From an uncultured Elusimicrobia bacterium (GTDB taxonomy: Bacteria; Elusimicrobiota; Elusimicrobia; JACQPE01): 46,124 nt of DNA. The DNA is taken from positions 1 to 46,124 of the forward strand of contig CAYHKQ010000004.1 of the NCBI GenBank assembly GCA_964357255.1, in the 5' to 3' direction. Positions 43,311-46,124 of this stretch are shown here, in pieces; the first letter of the stretch is position 1, and every line of letters starts with the position of its first letter. The translations under genes were made by a program, and so were the position numbers. The notes beneath the pieces were generated by a model, which had not been told where the DNA came from, ran no database searches, and worked only from the letters and a program-made list of their open reading frames with translations.

Positions 43311-45137
43311 TTAACGAGTCAAAACGACTTCTTGAAAGGAGCCTCGCTTGCATTCTAAAATTCGCGACTCAACATTCTCACCGATTATAGGAAATGGGCT
43401 TAAAGGAAAAATAATCTCGGTCCGGCCGCAGGAGGACTTCAGTTGAATCGGCCAATCCCAAAAAGCGCCGGACGATTGCAAGGCTCGCGACGCCTGGGGC
43501 GGCGCTACGGCGGCGCGCGCCGCCAACATCCCGCGAGACTGGATGAAATTATCTAGATTCCGGCGAAAAAACGCGGAAAAATTCTCCGGCGGAGCGGCCC
43601 AGCAGAAATGCCTGCGATACCCCGTCTCTTGTAGCGCCGCGCCATAGCGGGAGCCGTCGCTAAGTAAATAAAGGCGGGCGGGGCGTAAGGCCTGCGCCAA
43701 TGCGCTTGACGTCAGAAGAATCCCCGCTAAAATCAAAAGGCGTCCACGCCAAGGCGATCCGGTCCCCTGCGCGGATCTCAGGGGACCCGGTTGCGCCCCG
43801 GGCGCGGCGGCCAGGCCAAAGGTCAAGGCCACGCTCAACCAAGCTCCGATTAAAAAAAGGTCCCAGGGCGCGGTCGGAAGAATCGCCCAAGGGAACGACG
43901 CAAAAAAATCCGTGATTCCTAAAAACAGCCGAGCCGCCCCGTCAACCAGGGCATGGCTCCAAGAATCAAAAGGGCCGAGCCTGCTTAGAACGAGCAAATC
44001 CGCCAACCCCAACCCCATCAGCGCGCTCGATGCTGGAACCAGAATTAAATTACTGGCCAACCCCGCCAAGGGAAGTTGATGAAAAAAAGCCGCGCCAAAA
44101 GGCAACAGCGCATACCAGGCGAAAAAACCGGTGGCCGCTAAAGCCATGAGTCGTTGCGCCATCCAATGGCGGGCCTGCCCCTCGCCGCCACGGGCGCTCG
44201 AGGCCCCCCAGCCATAAAGAATTCCGAATGTGCTCATGAAAGACAATAAAAAACTGGCGTCGCTGATCCACCTTGGTTTTATGATCAATAAAAAAAGCCC
44301 CGCCAAAAAAAGACGGCTGAGGGCCGGCGTTTCCCGGCGAAGAAAAGACCCAAACAGAAGAACGCTCGCCATAAAGGCGGACCTGAGCACAGGGGCTGAA
44401 AGGCCGACAAAGAGGGCAAATCCCCAGGTGGCGGCCAATGTGATCGCGCCGGATAAGCGCCGGGGAAGGCGCGCTAAGCGTGTTGCCACAAACCATACCA
44501 TGGCGCCCCATAAAGCCACATGCAGTCCGCTGACCACAAGCAGGTGCATAACGCCGGCCCTGCGAAAAGACTGGTTCAAAGAAGGGTCGAGCAAGCGTTT
44601 GTCTCCGATCAGAAGACCGCTTAAGAGTCCCTGAACCCTCGGGTCAGGATAGCGGCTCATCAACAGCAGGGCCGCCCTGGACCGCCAGCCATCGAGCCGG
44701 CCTCTAATTCCCCGTGAAAGCCCGAGAACCTTGATGTCCGACGGGTTGTCCACCAAAAGACGGCCCCCCAGGCCCTCTCTGGACAAGTAATCCCCGAGGT
44801 CAAACCCCCCGGGCAGACTATTTTTAGCCGGCGGTAAAAATCTTCCCCATATCAAAAGAGGGGCGCCGCTGGCCAATTCCGGAAGGATGATGGCGCGGGG
44901 ATCAACCGAGGTCAGATAGACTCGCGTGGAAACCGGTTGATCTTGAATTCGAGAACACTCCAACGCCCAGCCCCGGGCCAACGGACGCGCGATGCGGCCT
45001 TCTACAAAAACATATTGGGAATCCGGCCAGGGAAGTCCGATTTTGGGCGGCCGTAGATACCCCGACGCCGCCAGGCCAACAAGAAAAACGGCCAAGACGC
45101 CCAGGGTCCAGGCGAGAGGCGTTCTAAAACTCGACAC
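43311..45137 (-). CDS. comEC: ComEC/Rec2-family DNA internalisation channel protein (no recognisable metallo-beta-lactamase motif)
   Basis: Competence-domain signature FRRAGVMHLLVVSGLHVAL with multiple TM segments. It uses a GTG start. The C-terminal ~130 aa lack HxHxDH. Confidence 0.82.
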   Translation of the reverse strand: MSSFRTPLAWTLGVLAVFLVGLAASGYLRPPKIGLPWPDSQYVFVEGRIARPLARGWALECSRIQDQPVSTRVYLTSVDPRAIILPELASGAPLLIWGRFLPPAKNSLPGGFDLGDYLSREGLGGRLLVDNPSDIKVLGLSRGIRGRLDGWRSRAALLLMSRYPDPRVQGLLSGLLIGDKRLLDPSLNQSFRRAGVMHLLVVSGLHVALWGAMVWFVATRLARLPRRLSGAITLAATWGFALFVGLSAPVLRSAFMASVLLFGSFLRRETPALSRLFLAGLFLLIIKPRWISDASFLLSFMSTFGILYGWGASSARGGEGQARHWMAQRLMALAATGFFAWYALLPFGAAFFHQLPLAGLASNLILVPASSALMGLGLADLLVLSRLGPFDSWSHALVDGAARLFLGITDFFASFPWAILPTAPWDLFLIGAWLSVALTFGLAAAPGAQPGPLRSAQGTGSPWRGRLLILAGILLTSSALAQALRPARLYLLSDGSRYGAALQETGYRRHFCWAAPPENFSAFFRRNLDNFIQSRGMLAARAAVAPPQASRALQSSGAFWDWPIQLKSSCGRTEIIFPLSPFPIIGENVESRILECKRGSFQEVVLTR

Positions 45138-45894
45138 TCATGCCCAACCCCGCCTGCTTTTGATAATGGCGGCTGGGTTCATCCGTGTCGCGAATTTCAT
45201 TGACCTCGAACATAATATGCGTGTTGCGATCGCGCCCGACATTAAAACTAATGCCCGCTCCATAGCCGCGCAATTGATCGAGCAACGCGTCCTGCTTCGT
45301 AAGATTGCCGTGGTCCCACTCTTTATTCAAAGTGGTCCGATGATAAATTTTCCAAGCGCCGTAAAGAGTCAGCCAAGAAAACGCGTCACGCGAAACATTA
45401 ACGAATAAAATCCGGTCCTTGGTCGTGGTCACCCTGCGAAGGGTCTCGACATTGTCAAGATTGCTACGGCGCTCCTGGGCGCTACCTGCGTAGTAGGCCG
45501 AGCCGATGGCCACGGACAGTGGAAATCCCCAGCGCTCCTGGGTTAAGGCAAGTCGCGCCGAGCCTCCGCCGAACAAAGGCATCCCGCCCAATTCTCTAAA
45601 ATCCTCCTTGGCCGTATATTGAGAGGCCATGACCTTGAGATTAATTTCCAAAAAATCCAAAAGCCCATAACCCGCGAAAACTTCAGCCGCGCCATAAGGG
45701 AGCTCGGTGGGAAATCCATTGACATGGGATTTAGTGCGGAAAAGCCCGCCCGCCATCCCCATGCCAAACGAAAACTTGCCCCCCGGGACGGTTTTTCCCG
45801 TTTGATAGGTCGAGATGCTTCCGCATCCCGAAAGGCCTAGAATAACGGCGGCAACGACCGCCGGCCACCCGCTTGCCTGGATCCAGGATTGCAT
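45124..45894 (-). CDS. Outer-membrane beta-barrel lipoprotein, translationally coupled to comEC
   Basis: Signal plus lipobox (ILGLSGC), alternating amphipathic strands, and a C-terminal ...GLGMSVEF. Its 3' end overlaps the comEC start by 14 nt. Confidence 0.6.
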   Translation of the reverse strand: MQSWIQASGWPAVVAAVILGLSGCGSISTYQTGKTVPGGKFSFGMGMAGGLFRTKSHVNGFPTELPYGAAEVFAGYGLLDFLEINLKVMASQYTAKEDFRELGGMPLFGGGSARLALTQERWGFPLSVAIGSAYYAGSAQERRSNLDNVETLRRVTTTKDRILFVNVSRDAFSWLTLYGAWKIYHRTTLNKEWDHGNLTKQDALLDQLRGYGAGISFNVGRDRNTHIMFEVNEIRDTDEPSRHYQKQAGLGMSVEF

Positions 45895-45935
45895 AAGGTT
45901 AACACAGTTTATGACATGAAGCAGGTAGACCGCTT

Positions 45936-46030
45936 GAGACTTTAGACCCCATAAGAACTAGGTCTAAAGTCCTGTATTTTTCAGTTATTTGTATAGGACT
46001 TTAGACCTATTTGTAAATAGGACTAAAGTT
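45936..46030. repeat. Cluster of four AGGAC-N4-GTCCT-family units upstream of the OMP-comEC-nadK-recN operon
   Basis: GAGACTTTAGACC (45936-45948), TAGGTCTAAAGTCCT (45959-45973), AGGACTTTAGACCTA (45995-46009) and TAGGACTAAAGTT (46018-46030). Confidence 0.85.
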
Positions 46031-46124
46031 TGATTACTTTTTATCGTTTCTAAGACAGAATATCAGGGATGGTATCTCTTTAGCCGTTTGAGTTACGCCT
46101 TAGCAAAGAGGATAGGCTGGGCAA

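Noticed and set aside
7858-46030. The same palindrome family at ~7.9 kb and ~46.0 kb could mark the ends of a 38-kb mobile island.
   Set aside because: The enclosed genes are core housekeeping (hemL, rpmH-rnpA-yidC-mnmE, liv, rlmN, recN, nadK). No integrase or transposase is present, and a third copy lies inside at 40.1 kb. A dispersed regulatory or REP-like motif is the better explanation.

Overview
46.1-kb chromosomal segment from a diderm (Gram-negative-type) bacterium, probably an uncultivated lineage; I cannot assign taxonomy from sequence alone. About 48 protein-coding genes are tightly packed. I saw no rRNA, tRNA, CRISPR array, transposase, integrase or reverse transcriptase. Most content is housekeeping. 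Minus strand: mlaE-mlaF, alr, and dnaB-rplI-rpsR-ssb-rpsF. Plus strand: two peptidoglycan hydrolases, hemL, and rpmH-rnpA-yidD-yidC-jag-mnmE (rpmH is missing from the ORF track and was found by hand). Also on the minus strand: cinA, an APC permease, livKHMGF, rlmN, and an OMP-comEC-nadK-recN-OMP operon. Accessory-looking content: (i) a secreted S8 subtilase followed by a ~0.9-kb zeta-toxin-like P-loop kinase cassette, bracketed by a duplicated relic of the neighbouring gene's 3' end; (ii) an orphan Cys-rich HExxH secreted protein; (iii) a membrane-anchored P-type-ATPase N-domain relic fused in frame to a lipoprotein; (iv) a histone-H1-like tail fused to an EF-Tu-domain-2-like barrel. I do not recognise a clear multi-gene novel system. 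The most unusual signals are non-coding. First, a family of AGGAC-N4-GTCCT palindromes clusters in three promoter-proximal gaps (about 7.9, 40.1 and 46.0 kb), one of them upstream of the recN-containing operon. Second, a GNRA-looped hairpin repeat occurs in three copies whose stems are kept by compensatory changes. Third, a 24-nt motif is shared by two intercistronic spacers that each precede an ABC permease gene. All repeat identities were counted by eye, and no database searches were run.
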